Source: Candidatus Geothermarchaeota archaeon (lineage in GTDB: Archaea; Thermoproteota; Nitrososphaeria; Geothermarchaeales; JDFR-13). From it: a stretch of 64,000 nt of DNA. Position 1 is the stretch's first letter; every line of letters starts with the position of its first letter. The position numbers and the translations under genes were made by a program. Positions 55,662-64,000 of this stretch are shown piece after piece. Under the pieces are notes generated by a model. It did no database searches. It had not been told where the DNA came from and saw only the letters and a program-made list of their open reading frames with translations. The stretch spans positions 4,462-68,461 of the forward strand of contig WAKB01000010.1 in the NCBI GenBank assembly GCA_015523545.1. Direction: 5' to 3'.

Positions 55662-58359
55662 GTATAGCCTCGTTTATATCTTTGTCTCCACAGCTCATCA
55701 CACCCCCTATACGGTAGTATCTCTCATCACCCTTACCCCCATACCTCTCCAGACACTTCTCACCTAATGCCTCCGCCACCCTCCTAGGCTCGACGATCCC
55801 CACGAGGCTTGAGCCGATCCTCACAACTATGTTTACACCCCTACCAGTCTTGGCCACCCCGATAAACATGGTGTCGGGATATTTCTCGGTTAGATACTCA
55901 CCAACCTTAATCACGATGTCCACATCGTCATAGGAGAATACCGCCAGCCTATAACCATCCATCACCTCAGCCTTACCTGCTAAGCTCTCCGATATCCATC
56001 TCACCAGCTCCTCCCTCAGCCCACGATACCTCCTCCCCACATCCTCGATCTCCTTTAGGAGCTCCTCCACCCTCCTAGGAACATCCTCTATACCTGTGGA
56101 TAGCCTCATGGAAAGGCTCTTCAAGGCCTCGTAGCCCTTCTCAAGAGTCTCTATAGCCGCATCACCAGCCACATACTGTATCCTAAGGACACCATCCTGG
56201 ATCTTCTCTACACCTATTATCTTGAATAGTGTTATCTCGGAGGTGTTCCTAACATGGGTACCTCCACAGGCCTCCACATCCCAATCCTCCACAGTCACTA
56301 TACGTAGCTTCTCACCAGGCACAACTCCACCCTGGTAGATGGTGACGCCATACCTACGCTCAGCCTCCCCACGATCCATATAGCTGGCCTGCACCACCCT
56401 CCCCTCCCTGATAATCCTGTTAACCATCTCCTCAATCCTCCTAACCTCCTCCTGGCTAAGCCCCCTGTAATGGGTTATGTCTAGATGGGCGTAGTCAGGC
56501 TGCTTTATGACACCTGTCTGCCAGATATGGGGGCCGAGGGCCCGCCTAGCAGCGGATAGGAGGATATGGGTAGATGTGTGGTGCTTCATAATCCTGTATC
56601 TACGTGGCCAGTCGATCTCAAGCCACACCTCATCACCAGGCTTGAATGGAGCCTCCCTATCAAGGATGTGGAGAACAACCCCATCAACATCTTGGACATC
56701 CACTACACGAGCCTCCACATCACCACTCCTAATCACCCCGGTATCATGGACCTGCCCACCACCCGTGGGGTAGAATACCGTCCTATCAAGTACAAGCCTC
56801 CTACCGCTGATCCACAGCACCTTGGCACTCGCCCGATCCATATACTGGTTCGTATAGAAGAGCTTGGATGTCCTAGGCAGATCAGGTATCTCCGGCCTCT
56901 TCTCCACATGTTTCTCCACAGACCTCTCCAGATGCCTCCTGGCCACAAGCTCAGTAAAGTTGTGGGGAACCTCCAGATCAACTCCATACTCCCTCAAGAG
57001 GTGACCCCTGACGTAGTCTGGGTGTACGCCGTAGGAGTCATATAGCTCTATCAACATCTCCAGACCAGGTTTATAGCCCTTCCTCATGAGCTGCTTAACA
57101 TATTTAGGGACATTCCTCAGTATCTCACGATACTTCCTAATCTCAATATCTAGGATCTCAGGAATTATCCTGCCAGCCTCCGCCACCCTAGGGAAGTCCC
57201 TACCCCAGTAGCCCACCTGCCTCTCAAATAGTTTATAAACAACTTCATAATCCAGGCCCAGCTCATCAACAACCTTGAAGATCCTCCTCAGAAGCATACG
57301 CGTGAGATACCCCTCCCGCACATTGGATGGAACCCCACCGTCACTGATCAGGAAGATCGCCGCCTTACTATGGTCGAGTAGTTTATAGGCATAGATAAGC
57401 CTACGGATATCGGGCTCCCTATCCCCAAGCCCAACCCTCTCAAGGATAATCCCAAGCCGTGGTAGATCCTCCTCCTTAAGATTCGGGCTGACAATAGCGA
57501 ATCTTCTAAGCGTATCCCTATCCACATCTATATCGAGGGCCTGTAGGACCCAGTCATTAATCTCTCCATAGATGGCCTCGAAGGATGAGTACGTGCCTTG
57601 GGAGAGCCAGGTCCACCTCTCTATACCATACCCAGTATCCACAGTCCATATAGGTATGTCGTGGAGCCTACCCTCCTCATCAATCCTATACCTCATGAAG
57701 ACCAGTGTCGAAACTTCTAGACCAGCCACTATACCCTCTACATCAGGTCCCGCGTTCCCACCACCAACCCAGAAGTGCTCCTTATATGTTATCATCTCAG
57801 AGGGTATTCCCAGCCTCTCAGTTGCGAAGATGTGGTGATACTCTATCGTCTTATCCTTCCAGTATATCTCCACACCCTTTCTCTTATCATTGAACGCGTG
57901 GGCCCCACCCATCTCGAAGATAGTCATATGCCTCCCAGAGGTGTAGCCCACCCTATCTATATCCTCAAAGCGGAGGCAGGGCTGGGAGACGACCAATGGG
58001 TTAGCCGGTGGACTGGACATTCCTGAGGTCACATGGGGCTGGAAATCCGCTATCGAGGCTATAGTTATTAGGAGGTCATCCCTCCACCTAGCGACCACCG
58101 GATAAGGATCGATAATGGTGTGGCCATTCTCCTCGAAAAACCTTAGAAACTCCCGCCTAAGCTCACCGATAGAGTAGCTCCTCCTAGTGGGGGGTGAGTC
58201 GAAGAACGTGTAGTCTACACAAGGAGCCTCCCCACATAGCTCCTGATCAGGGTTCTGTGTCCAGAAGAATGAGCCACACGACCTACACTGCCGCCTAACA
58301 AAGCCATTCTCACGCATAAAACTAATGTCGAACTCTTTAGGATCGATCTCATACTCCAA
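55615..58359 (-). CDS. alaS: Alanyl-tRNA synthetase
   Basis: 914 aa. The class II core is followed by an editing domain carrying the HxxxH and CxxxH zinc motifs (HHTSTHIL...CGGTHV) and a C-terminal DHHA1-like region. Confidence 0.95.
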   Translation of the reverse strand: MEYEIDPKEFDISFMRENGFVRRQCRSCGSFFWTQNPDQELCGEAPCVDYTFFDSPPTRRSYSIGELRREFLRFFEENGHTIIDPYPVVARWRDDLLITIASIADFQPHVTSGMSSPPANPLVVSQPCLRFEDIDRVGYTSGRHMTIFEMGGAHAFNDKRKGVEIYWKDKTIEYHHIFATERLGIPSEMITYKEHFWVGGGNAGPDVEGIVAGLEVSTLVFMRYRIDEEGRLHDIPIWTVDTGYGIERWTWLSQGTYSSFEAIYGEINDWVLQALDIDVDRDTLRRFAIVSPNLKEEDLPRLGIILERVGLGDREPDIRRLIYAYKLLDHSKAAIFLISDGGVPSNVREGYLTRMLLRRIFKVVDELGLDYEVVYKLFERQVGYWGRDFPRVAEAGRIIPEILDIEIRKYREILRNVPKYVKQLMRKGYKPGLEMLIELYDSYGVHPDYVRGHLLREYGVDLEVPHNFTELVARRHLERSVEKHVEKRPEIPDLPRTSKLFYTNQYMDRASAKVLWISGRRLVLDRTVFYPTGGGQVHDTGVIRSGDVEARVVDVQDVDGVVLHILDREAPFKPGDEVWLEIDWPRRYRIMKHHTSTHILLSAARRALGPHIWQTGVIKQPDYAHLDITHYRGLSQEEVRRIEEMVNRIIREGRVVQASYMDRGEAERRYGVTIYQGGVVPGEKLRIVTVEDWDVEACGGTHVRNTSEITLFKIIGVEKIQDGVLRIQYVAGDAAIETLEKGYEALKSLSMRLSTGIEDVPRRVEELLKEIEDVGRRYRGLREELVRWISESLAGKAEVMDGYRLAVFSYDDVDIVIKVGEYLTEKYPDTMFIGVAKTGRGVNIVVRIGSSLVGIVEPRRVAEALGEKCLERYGGKGDERYYRIGGVMSCGDKDINEAIREIIYDVSGEGRLSS

Positions 58360-58421
58360 AGGCAGCCCACCAATAAAAGGTATGTAGGGAGTATGAGGGA
58401 AAAATTAGTGTAGCGGGTGGG

Positions 58422-58736
58422 CTAGCCGAAGAGGGCGCTGAGACCCTCGAAGGACTCCTCTTCCTCCTCCTTCTCCTCCTCCGCGGGCTTCTCCTCCTTC
58501 TTCTCCTCCTCAGCCGGCTGCTCAGCAGGCGCTGGAGCTGCAGGTGCCGCTACCGGCATAGCCACAGCCTTCTCCAAGACCTCGTCTATATTTATACCCT
58601 CGAGCGAAGCAACAAGACTCTTTATCTTAGCCTCGTCGGGATCCTCCCCTATAGCCTTGAATATCTTGCTAAGGTTCTCCTCATTAATCTCCTTCCCGGC
58701 GTCGTGTAGAAGCAGAGCCGCATATATGTATTTCAT
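58422..58736 (-). CDS. rpl12: Acidic ribosomal stalk protein P1 (aP1/L12e)
   Basis: 104 aa with the N-terminus [17 protein letters not shown], an Ala/Pro/Glu-rich hinge and the C-terminus [17 protein letters not shown]-like atttatatagc lies upstream. Confidence 0.9.
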   Translation of the reverse strand: MKYIYAALLLHDAGKEINEENLSKIFKAIGEDPDEAKIKSLVASLEGINIDEVLEKAVAMPVAAPAAPAPAEQPAEEEKKEEKPAEEEKEEEEESFEGLSALFG

Positions 58737-58791
58737 GGCTGGATCCCTCCTTTACCTTATAATTAGACTTGGGAGTCGCTATATAAATATG

Positions 58792-59670
58792 CTATTCACT
58801 GATACCAGCCTCTGATGCCAGTCTATTAGCCCTGGCAACAGCCATAGTGATGAGGTACTCGATAGTAGACTTGTCTATGTACTCCGCCTCAACGGCCAAA
58901 GCCCTAGCCCTATTCATGGCCATTAGTAGGAGTGGCTCTATAGTCCTGCTGGTAATGTACTCTATCTCCATCGCCAGCTTAAACGCGTTGAGGGCCGCCT
59001 TCTCAATATCGCTCTTGATAGCCTCTATGTCAGGTATCAGCAGCTCCCTAGGTATCAATATATTGTCCACAAAGTCATAGGCAAACTTTATCGAGACCTT
59101 AGACTTGATAGGCTTTATACCTAGCTTCGAGAGTATATTAGCCAGGTTGGGCGAGATCTTATCACCCTTCTTAGCAACTAATACGTCCTTAGCCACATAG
59201 ATACTCCCAGCAACGATCTTCGTCGGGATACTCAGGGCCGAGAAGACCCCTATCACAGGCCCTGGAGGAATACCAGTGTTACCCTCCGGTATGATGATGT
59301 CCTCAGGGGCTATGTCACCAGGGGAGGCCTCCATAGCCACCTCAAACTTATCCAGCTCATACGCTATCCTGAAGGGGTTCTCATTGGTGAATATGAATAG
59401 TAGCTGACCACTAAGCTTGTCGGCAAGCTCCTTAGCAGCCTCCGGATATACATTCTCAATAGCCTTCAACAGAACACGCATCTTACCGCCCTTCATCCTG
59501 AAGCCAAGCTTCGGCTGGAGCCTCCTAACCTCATTAGCCATAGATGCCTTCAGCCTATACGCATCTACAACAAGTAGGTAGCGGTTATTCCTAAGCAGCT
59601 CCTCAAACTCCTTCCTCATCCTAACCTTCTTCTCAGGGATCCTCCTCTCCCTCTTAGCAGCCACGCTCAT
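58792..59670 (-). CDS. rpl10: Ribosomal stalk protein P0 (uL10)
   Basis: 292 aa. It has the P0 N-terminal rRNA-binding domain and helical repeats for P1 binding near the C-terminus. Confidence 0.85.
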   Translation of the reverse strand: MSVAAKRERRIPEKKVRMRKEFEELLRNNRYLLVVDAYRLKASMANEVRRLQPKLGFRMKGGKMRVLLKAIENVYPEAAKELADKLSGQLLFIFTNENPFRIAYELDKFEVAMEASPGDIAPEDIIIPEGNTGIPPGPVIGVFSALSIPTKIVAGSIYVAKDVLVAKKGDKISPNLANILSKLGIKPIKSKVSIKFAYDFVDNILIPRELLIPDIEAIKSDIEKAALNAFKLAMEIEYITSRTIEPLLLMAMNRARALAVEAEYIDKSTIEYLITMAVARANRLASEAGISE

Positions 59671-59685
59671 CCCATATACACCCCA

Positions 59686-60354
59686 CTAGATAACCCTCAC
59701 AGCCGGACCCATAGTAGTCTTCACATAGATCCTGTCTATCACGGCCTTCTCAGGAAGCTTTGAGGAAAGGGCCTCTAAGAAGGCCTTCGCATTCTCAACA
59801 AGCTGGTCAATATCCATCTCCTCATGCCCAATAGAGACTAGAACCATAGGGTTGTTCCTAACATTAACCAGAACCGATTTACGGAGATCCTCGACCATCC
59901 TCTTGACATCAGCGTTGGGAGGCACGATCTGTGGGATCTTCCCACGAGGCCCAAGGGCGAAACCCATTACACGACCAACATTAGCCATCATCTTAGGCTC
60001 GGCCAGGAAGAAGTCGTACTGATTAGCCAGCTTCTTAATAGCCCTCTTCTGCCCCTGGAGCTCCAACAACTCCTTCTCACTTATAACCCTATCCACCCCG
60101 GCCTCCTCAGCCTTCTGAGCCATTATACCCTCGGCAAACATAGCTACCTTCCTAGGCTTAGAAGGACCGTGGGGAAGCCTTATAGCAGCCCTAATCCTAT
60201 TCTCCGGCTTCTTTAGGTCCAGGCCGGAGAGGGATACTATAAGATCGACAGACTGTCTAAAACGTCTAGGCTTACTCTTCTCAAGCGCCTCCTTTATAGC
60301 CTTCCTAAGCGCCTCCTCATCAACAACCTTTACCGCCCTTAGGGATAGGGACAT
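59686..60354 (-). CDS. rpl1: 50S ribosomal protein L1 (uL1)
   Basis: 222 aa. Typical uL1 regions are DLIVSLSGLDLKKPENR and GPRGKIPQIVPPNADV. Confidence 0.9.
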   Translation of the reverse strand: MSLSLRAVKVVDEEALRKAIKEALEKSKPRRFRQSVDLIVSLSGLDLKKPENRIRAAIRLPHGPSKPRKVAMFAEGIMAQKAEEAGVDRVISEKELLELQGQKRAIKKLANQYDFFLAEPKMMANVGRVMGFALGPRGKIPQIVPPNADVKRMVEDLRKSVLVNVRNNPMVLVSIGHEEMDIDQLVENAKAFLEALSSKLPEKAVIDRIYVKTTMGPAVRVI

Positions 60355-60371
60355 ATATCCACACCTCCCAA

Positions 60372-60875
60372 CTAAGTCTCAATACTTACGTCTTCAAAGT
60401 ATTTATCGTACTTACCCTCCTTAACCTCCCTGGTAACCTGCTTAGGATCCTTCCCATCCACCTTAACCCCCATACTCACACAGGTCCCAATAACCTGGAG
60501 AGCTACAGACTTTAGGTTATCAAGCCCTATCTTCTGATTAATAATCCTACTTATCTTGAGGACCTGGTCAAAGGTTAGGTTACCCACGAATACCCTGCCA
60601 GGCTCACTAGAGCCCTTCTCTATACCAGCCTCCTTAGCTATGAGGGCTGAGACCGTAGGTATACCCACCTCCACCTCGAACTCCTTAGTCTCTACATCAA
60701 CTATGATCTTCACAGGGACCTTCATCCCCTTGAAGTCAGCAGTCAACTCATTGATCTTATCCACCACAGCCTTAACATTGACCCCAAGCGGGCCTAGCTG
60801 AGGCCCCAGTGGAGGCCCCGCAGTAGCAGCTCCTCCCGAGACGAGGGCCTCTATAACCTGCTTCTTATCACCCAT
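60372..60875 (-). CDS. rpl11: 50S ribosomal protein L11 (uL11)
   Basis: 167 aa, GGAATAGPPLGPQLGPLGVNVKAVVDKIN...: the uL11 N-terminal Pro-rich motif. Confidence 0.9.
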   Translation of the reverse strand: MGDKKQVIEALVSGGAATAGPPLGPQLGPLGVNVKAVVDKINELTADFKGMKVPVKIIVDVETKEFEVEVGIPTVSALIAKEAGIEKGSSEPGRVFVGNLTFDQVLKISRIINQKIGLDNLKSVALQVIGTCVSMGVKVDGKDPKQVTREVKEGKYDKYFEDVSIET

Positions 60876-60887
60876 ACCCCGACCACC

Positions 60888-61364
60888 TCACTTAATCTTT
60901 CTAACATAGTCCTTGGATAATATAATTGGGATGGGGGCCGCAGACGCATCGCTCAGATGAATAACTATCTCCTCCTTATCCTTGATATTCACAACCCTAG
61001 CCTTCATACCCTTGAAAGGCCCCGAGATTATCTCGACCTCATCACCAATATTGAGCTCCACTTCTTCCTCCTCAGTCAACAACTCCTTAATCTCCTCGAA
61101 GGAGACCAGGCCTGGTAGGATACGCTTAAAGCTCTTTATCCCCTCGAAAGCATTGTATACATCCGTGTATCTAGCCGCCTCCACGATTAACTCGCCCTTG
61201 GATGCGGGTGGCTTGATGATGCTATATATCTTAATCTTCCCGTTGGACGCCTTTACATACATCTCAGCTATCCTAGCAGCATCCTCCTCCTGACCACCCA
61301 CGGTCTTCACTAGGAAGAACCGTTTCTTACTAGTCTCCCCAGACACCCTCGACACCACCTTCAC
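60888..61364 (-). CDS. spt5: Transcription elongation factor Spt5 (archaeal NusG; NGN plus KOW)
   Basis: 158 aa with a KOW motif (GDEVEIISGPFKGMKARVVNI) after the NGN domain. It holds the conserved position between secE and rpl11. GTG start at 61362-61364. Confidence 0.85.
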   Translation of the reverse strand: MKVVSRVSGETSKKRFFLVKTVGGQEEDAARIAEMYVKASNGKIKIYSIIKPPASKGELIVEAARYTDVYNAFEGIKSFKRILPGLVSFEEIKELLTEEEEVELNIGDEVEIISGPFKGMKARVVNIKDKEEIVIHLSDASAAPIPIILSKDYVRKIK

Positions 61365-61537
61365 ACAACTATGAATATTTCAAAGACGATGTAGATGACG
61401 AATCCTATGGAGCCTAGTAGAGCTACTCCCAGGAGTATAAGCTTACTATATTCCTTAAACTCTGTGAAACTCGGTTTACGGGCCAGCTTCAAAGTATTTA
61501 TCAACTTGTCGAGCACTATATCCCCACCTCTACCCAT
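61361..61537 (-). CDS. secE: Protein translocase subunit SecE (Sec61-gamma)
   Basis: Hand translation from the ATG at 61535-61537 gives a 58-aa protein MGRGGDIVLDKLINTLKLARKPSFTEFKEYSKLILLGVALLGSIGFVIYIVFEIFIVV ending at TGA 61361-61363. It has an amphipathic N-terminus and a single TM helix, and sits immediately upstream of spt5. It is missing from the ORF track because it is shorter than 60 aa. Confidence 0.65.
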   Translation of the reverse strand: MGRGGDIVLDKLINTLKLARKPSFTEFKEYSKLILLGVALLGSIGFVIYIVFEIFIVV

Positions 61538-61574
61538 CTACTAATAGTCCTAGATAATATAATTAATGGCGCCT

Positions 61575-62369
61575 CTAGACTCGGATGGTCTCCAGCCCCA
61601 TCTCCTGAAGCTTGGAGTATACACATTGACGGATACCACCCTTCAAACCCTTCCAGTTAACCACCGCAACATCGACACCCCCATTCCTCTCGACAGCCAT
61701 TTCTATAATATCCTCGTCACAGGATTCGAGGACATACTTGGAGATTATATGACCGAATCCATAGTTAGACTTGAGGATCATACTTGTGAATATAGGGGCA
61801 TAGTGGGGCCCTCCAAACCCGACAGCACGTATACACGTCTGATCATCAAGCGACTCCAACGTCTCTACAAGGGACTTGGCGACTACATAGGCAGCGCTAG
61901 AATCGTTCCAGTTCCTCTGCTTAGGACCTATCTCCACGAAGACTGCTGGTGCCGACAATTCCGTCGGGCCATGATGAGTGACCTCCAGAGTCACCACATA
62001 GTCGATACCACTAACAGCGACGTTTTGATAAGCCCTCCTTATGAAGCCCCCTATGAAGCAGGGAGAGGCCATTGGCAACGACCTAGGCAGCCCTCCATAG
62101 GGGTTCTGATCACCCGGATTCCCAGGCGTATGGGCGGATATCGTAGGTGTGTCTGACTTTGCACTATGCCTGGATAGGAATATTACTAGGCTGGGCCTAA
62201 CCCCTATAACCTCGTCAACATGATCCGCATAGATCGGGTGGTCATCAATCTTTAGATACTCAATGTCGATGTTTGCCTCTAGGCTATACATAACCTCCTC
62301 CAGAGCCCTATAGAGATTGATACTAGCCTCATCCCTATCAGTATAGACTACGAGATACCTCCTAGACAT
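61575..62369 (-). CDS. Putative archaeal-type D-aminoacyl-tRNA deacylase (DTD2/DtdA-like)
   Basis: 264 aa. The N-terminus YLVVYTDRDEASINLYRAL and the length fit the archaeal/plant DTD2 family. Assignment is from memory of the family signature only. Confidence 0.4.
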   Translation of the reverse strand: MSRRYLVVYTDRDEASINLYRALEEVMYSLEANIDIEYLKIDDHPIYADHVDEVIGVRPSLVIFLSRHSAKSDTPTISAHTPGNPGDQNPYGGLPRSLPMASPCFIGGFIRRAYQNVAVSGIDYVVTLEVTHHGPTELSAPAVFVEIGPKQRNWNDSSAAYVVAKSLVETLESLDDQTCIRAVGFGGPHYAPIFTSMILKSNYGFGHIISKYVLESCDEDIIEMAVERNGGVDVAVVNWKGLKGGIRQCVYSKLQEMGLETIRV

Positions 62370-62383
62370 GGTTCCTAGAGTGA

Positions 62384-63304
62384 CTATAGCATCTCGAGGA
62401 GATAGAGTATGATGGTCTTCTGAGTATGCAGCCTATTCTCCGCCTGGTCATAGACAATGCTATACTCTGAGTCGATAACCTCATCAACAACCTCCTCCCC
62501 TCTATGCGCGGGTAGGCAGTGCATAAACACGGCGTCCTGAGAGGCATGTGACATGAGATCCATATTCACCTGGTACTTAGGCAGGAAGAGGCCGCGCCTC
62601 CTAGCAGCCTCATCCTCCATCCCCATAGATACGAAGGTGTCTGTATAGACGACATCCGCATCCTTAACAGCCTCATAGGGATCCTCCGTATATCTCACCA
62701 CCCCTCCATTCTCACTTGCCAGCCTAGACACCCTCTCCAACTCCTCCTCCGGGAGCCAGTACTCCCTAGGGGCCGCTACATATATGTTTAGCCCAAGCAT
62801 AGCTGAGGCGATTACTAGGGACCTAGCCACATTATTAGCCCCATCCCCTATAAACGCTATCTTAAGCCTCGACAGCCTCCCAAACCTCTCATATATGGTG
62901 AACATGTCCGACACTATCTGGACAGGATGCTCCCGGTCGGATAACCCGTTTATAACCGGTATAGACGCGTGCTCCGCCATCTCCTCAAGAGTCTCATGCC
63001 TATAGACCCTAGCCATCAATATGTCGACATACCTCTCCAGCACCTTAACCGTATCCTTTATAGACTCACCTCTACTCATCTGGAGCGTAGAGGTGGGTAA
63101 GTAGAGAGCCCTACCTCCAAGCTGGTTCATAGCCACCTCGAAGGAGACCCTAGTCCTGGTAGACGGCTTCTCAAATATCATACCCATGGTATAGCCCTCT
63201 AGGACACCCTCCACATCTATATATCCATACTTTATCTCCTCAGTCAGGAAGACCAGTTTCAGGATCTCCTCCCTGGACAGGTCCCATATCGAGAGTAGGT
63301 GCAT
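62384..63304 (-). CDS. argF: Ornithine carbamoyltransferase
   Basis: 306 aa with the carbamoyl-phosphate motif STRTRVSFE, the ornithine-binding DxxxSMG (DTFVSMGME) and HCLPAHRGEEV. Confidence 0.85.
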   Translation of the reverse strand: MHLLSIWDLSREEILKLVFLTEEIKYGYIDVEGVLEGYTMGMIFEKPSTRTRVSFEVAMNQLGGRALYLPTSTLQMSRGESIKDTVKVLERYVDILMARVYRHETLEEMAEHASIPVINGLSDREHPVQIVSDMFTIYERFGRLSRLKIAFIGDGANNVARSLVIASAMLGLNIYVAAPREYWLPEEELERVSRLASENGGVVRYTEDPYEAVKDADVVYTDTFVSMGMEDEAARRRGLFLPKYQVNMDLMSHASQDAVFMHCLPAHRGEEVVDEVIDSEYSIVYDQAENRLHTQKTIILYLLEML

Positions 63305-63314
63305 ACATCCCCCC

Positions 63315-64000
63315 TCATGAGAAGAGCTGATCGACGAATAGATTAGCCTTAAAAAGTATTAAATCGCCGTATCCCTGCCCAACACCGAGGTATACGATAG
63401 GCTTCGGATTCACAAAGGCGGTGGTTAGTATAGCTCCCCCCTTGACATCAGCATCCACCTTCGTAAAGATATATGTATCCACACCAACCCCTCTATCGAA
63501 CTCCTCAGCCTGCCTAATAGCGTCGGACCCTGTCAACGCGTCCAGAACAAGTAGTGTCACGTCCGGCTCCGTGACACGGCGTATCTTAGCCAACTCGGCC
63601 ATCAGATTCACGTTCGAGTGCTGCCTCCCAGCAGTATCTATAATCACCTGGTCATATCCCCTAGCCACTGCATGCTGCACCGCGTCATAGGCAACCGCGG
63701 CCGGATCATGACCATATTCAGAGGCATAGACATCCACCCCGACCCTAGTGCCGTGCAACCTCAACTGCTCGATCGCCCCGGCCCTAAATGTATCTGCACA
63801 GACTAGTAGGGGCTTAAGCCCGGCCTGCCTACATCTATACGCCATCTTAGCAATGGTTGTAGTCTTCCCCGTCCCATTAACCCCGACAACCAGTATCTTT
63901 AGAGGCTCTTCTCCACCCCTCATGGTTGAGAGGTCTCCGTACTCGAGTCTCGAGAAGGTCTCCAACATATAAGTCTTCATATAGCTGAAGACAACTTCAC
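63315..64000 (-). CDS. ftsY: Signal recognition particle receptor FtsY, C-terminal NG/GTPase part; 5' end beyond the window
   Basis: SRP-GTPase motifs are VVGVNGTGKTTTIAKMA, DTAGR, TKVDAD and GVGQ. The reading frame stays open to position 64000, so the gene is truncated by the window. Confidence 0.8.
   Translation of the reverse strand, partial: EVVFSYMKTYMLETFSRLEYGDLSTMRGGEEPLKILVVGVNGTGKTTTIAKMAYRCRQAGLKPLLVCADTFRAGAIEQLRLHGTRVGVDVYASEYGHDPAAVAYDAVQHAVARGYDQVIIDTAGRQHSNVNLMAELAKIRRVTEPDVTLLVLDALTGSDAIRQAEEFDRGVGVDTYIFTKVDADVKGGAILTTAFVNPKPIVYLGVGQGYGDLILFKANLFVDQLFS

Overview
The window reads as a 64 kb core-genome segment of a hyperthermophilic crenarchaeon (Thermoprotei, Desulfurococcales/Aeropyrum-like, probably aerobic). 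The supporting signals are an unsplit rpoB, P0/P1 stalk proteins, Orc1/Cdc6-MCM-GINS-RFC replication genes, tRNAs with multiple and non-canonical introns, and an aa3-type oxidase with fused subunits I+III. Coding density is very high and most genes sit on the minus strand.

Gene order from left to right:
- 1-1700: partial rpoD, then ribosomal proteins S11, S4, S13.
- 1700-4800: glmS and an AglH-like GlcNAc-1-P transferase (N-glycosylation start).
- 4841-4953: an intron-containing tRNA.
- 5700-11040: a complete terminal oxidase module on the minus strand, running subunit II, fused I+III, a small subunit, a membrane cupredoxin, and an unusual Sco-like protein carrying a beta-propeller insertion.
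- 11191-11616: archease.
- 11625-22775: the str/RNAP superoperon on the minus strand, running rpoH, rpoB, rpoA, L30e, NusA, S12, S7, EF-1alpha, S10. rpoA appears here as a single 1300-aa ORF, with A' and A'' fused.
- 22918-23070: tRNA-Lys(UUU) with two introns.
- 23100-30330: diphthine synthase, a RibL-like/RibK FAD pair, proteasome beta, a Nog1-like GTPase, RtcA, aIF5A, NAD kinase, Nob1.
- 30404-39410: a replication island with Orc1/Cdc6, a small wHTH protein, a Cys-rich protein, RFC large and small subunits, a GINS-like protein, MCM and Hel308.
- 39382-48626: purB, an AsnB-like PP-loop protein, MetRS, a PHP phosphoesterase, a MiaB/MtaB-like radical-SAM enzyme, gcvPB and gcvPA.
- 48673-50298: a 541-aa surface protein with a cytoplasmic coiled coil.
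- 50304-50428: tRNA-Gln(UUG) with two introns.
- 50511-52610: two hexapeptide-repeat proteins and a free-standing ThrRS-type editing domain.
- 52612-52708: tRNA-Arg(UCU) with an 18-nt canonical intron.
- 52761-64000: LeuRS, AlaRS, the P1-P0-L1-L11-Spt5-SecE cluster, a DTD2-like protein, argF, and the 3' part of ftsY.

I found no CRISPR array, no clear mobile element and no rRNA.

The observations most worth a second look are the apparently unsplit rpoA, the Sco/beta-propeller chimera in the oxidase operon, the multi-intron tRNAs, and the free-standing aminoacyl-tRNA editing-fold proteins.
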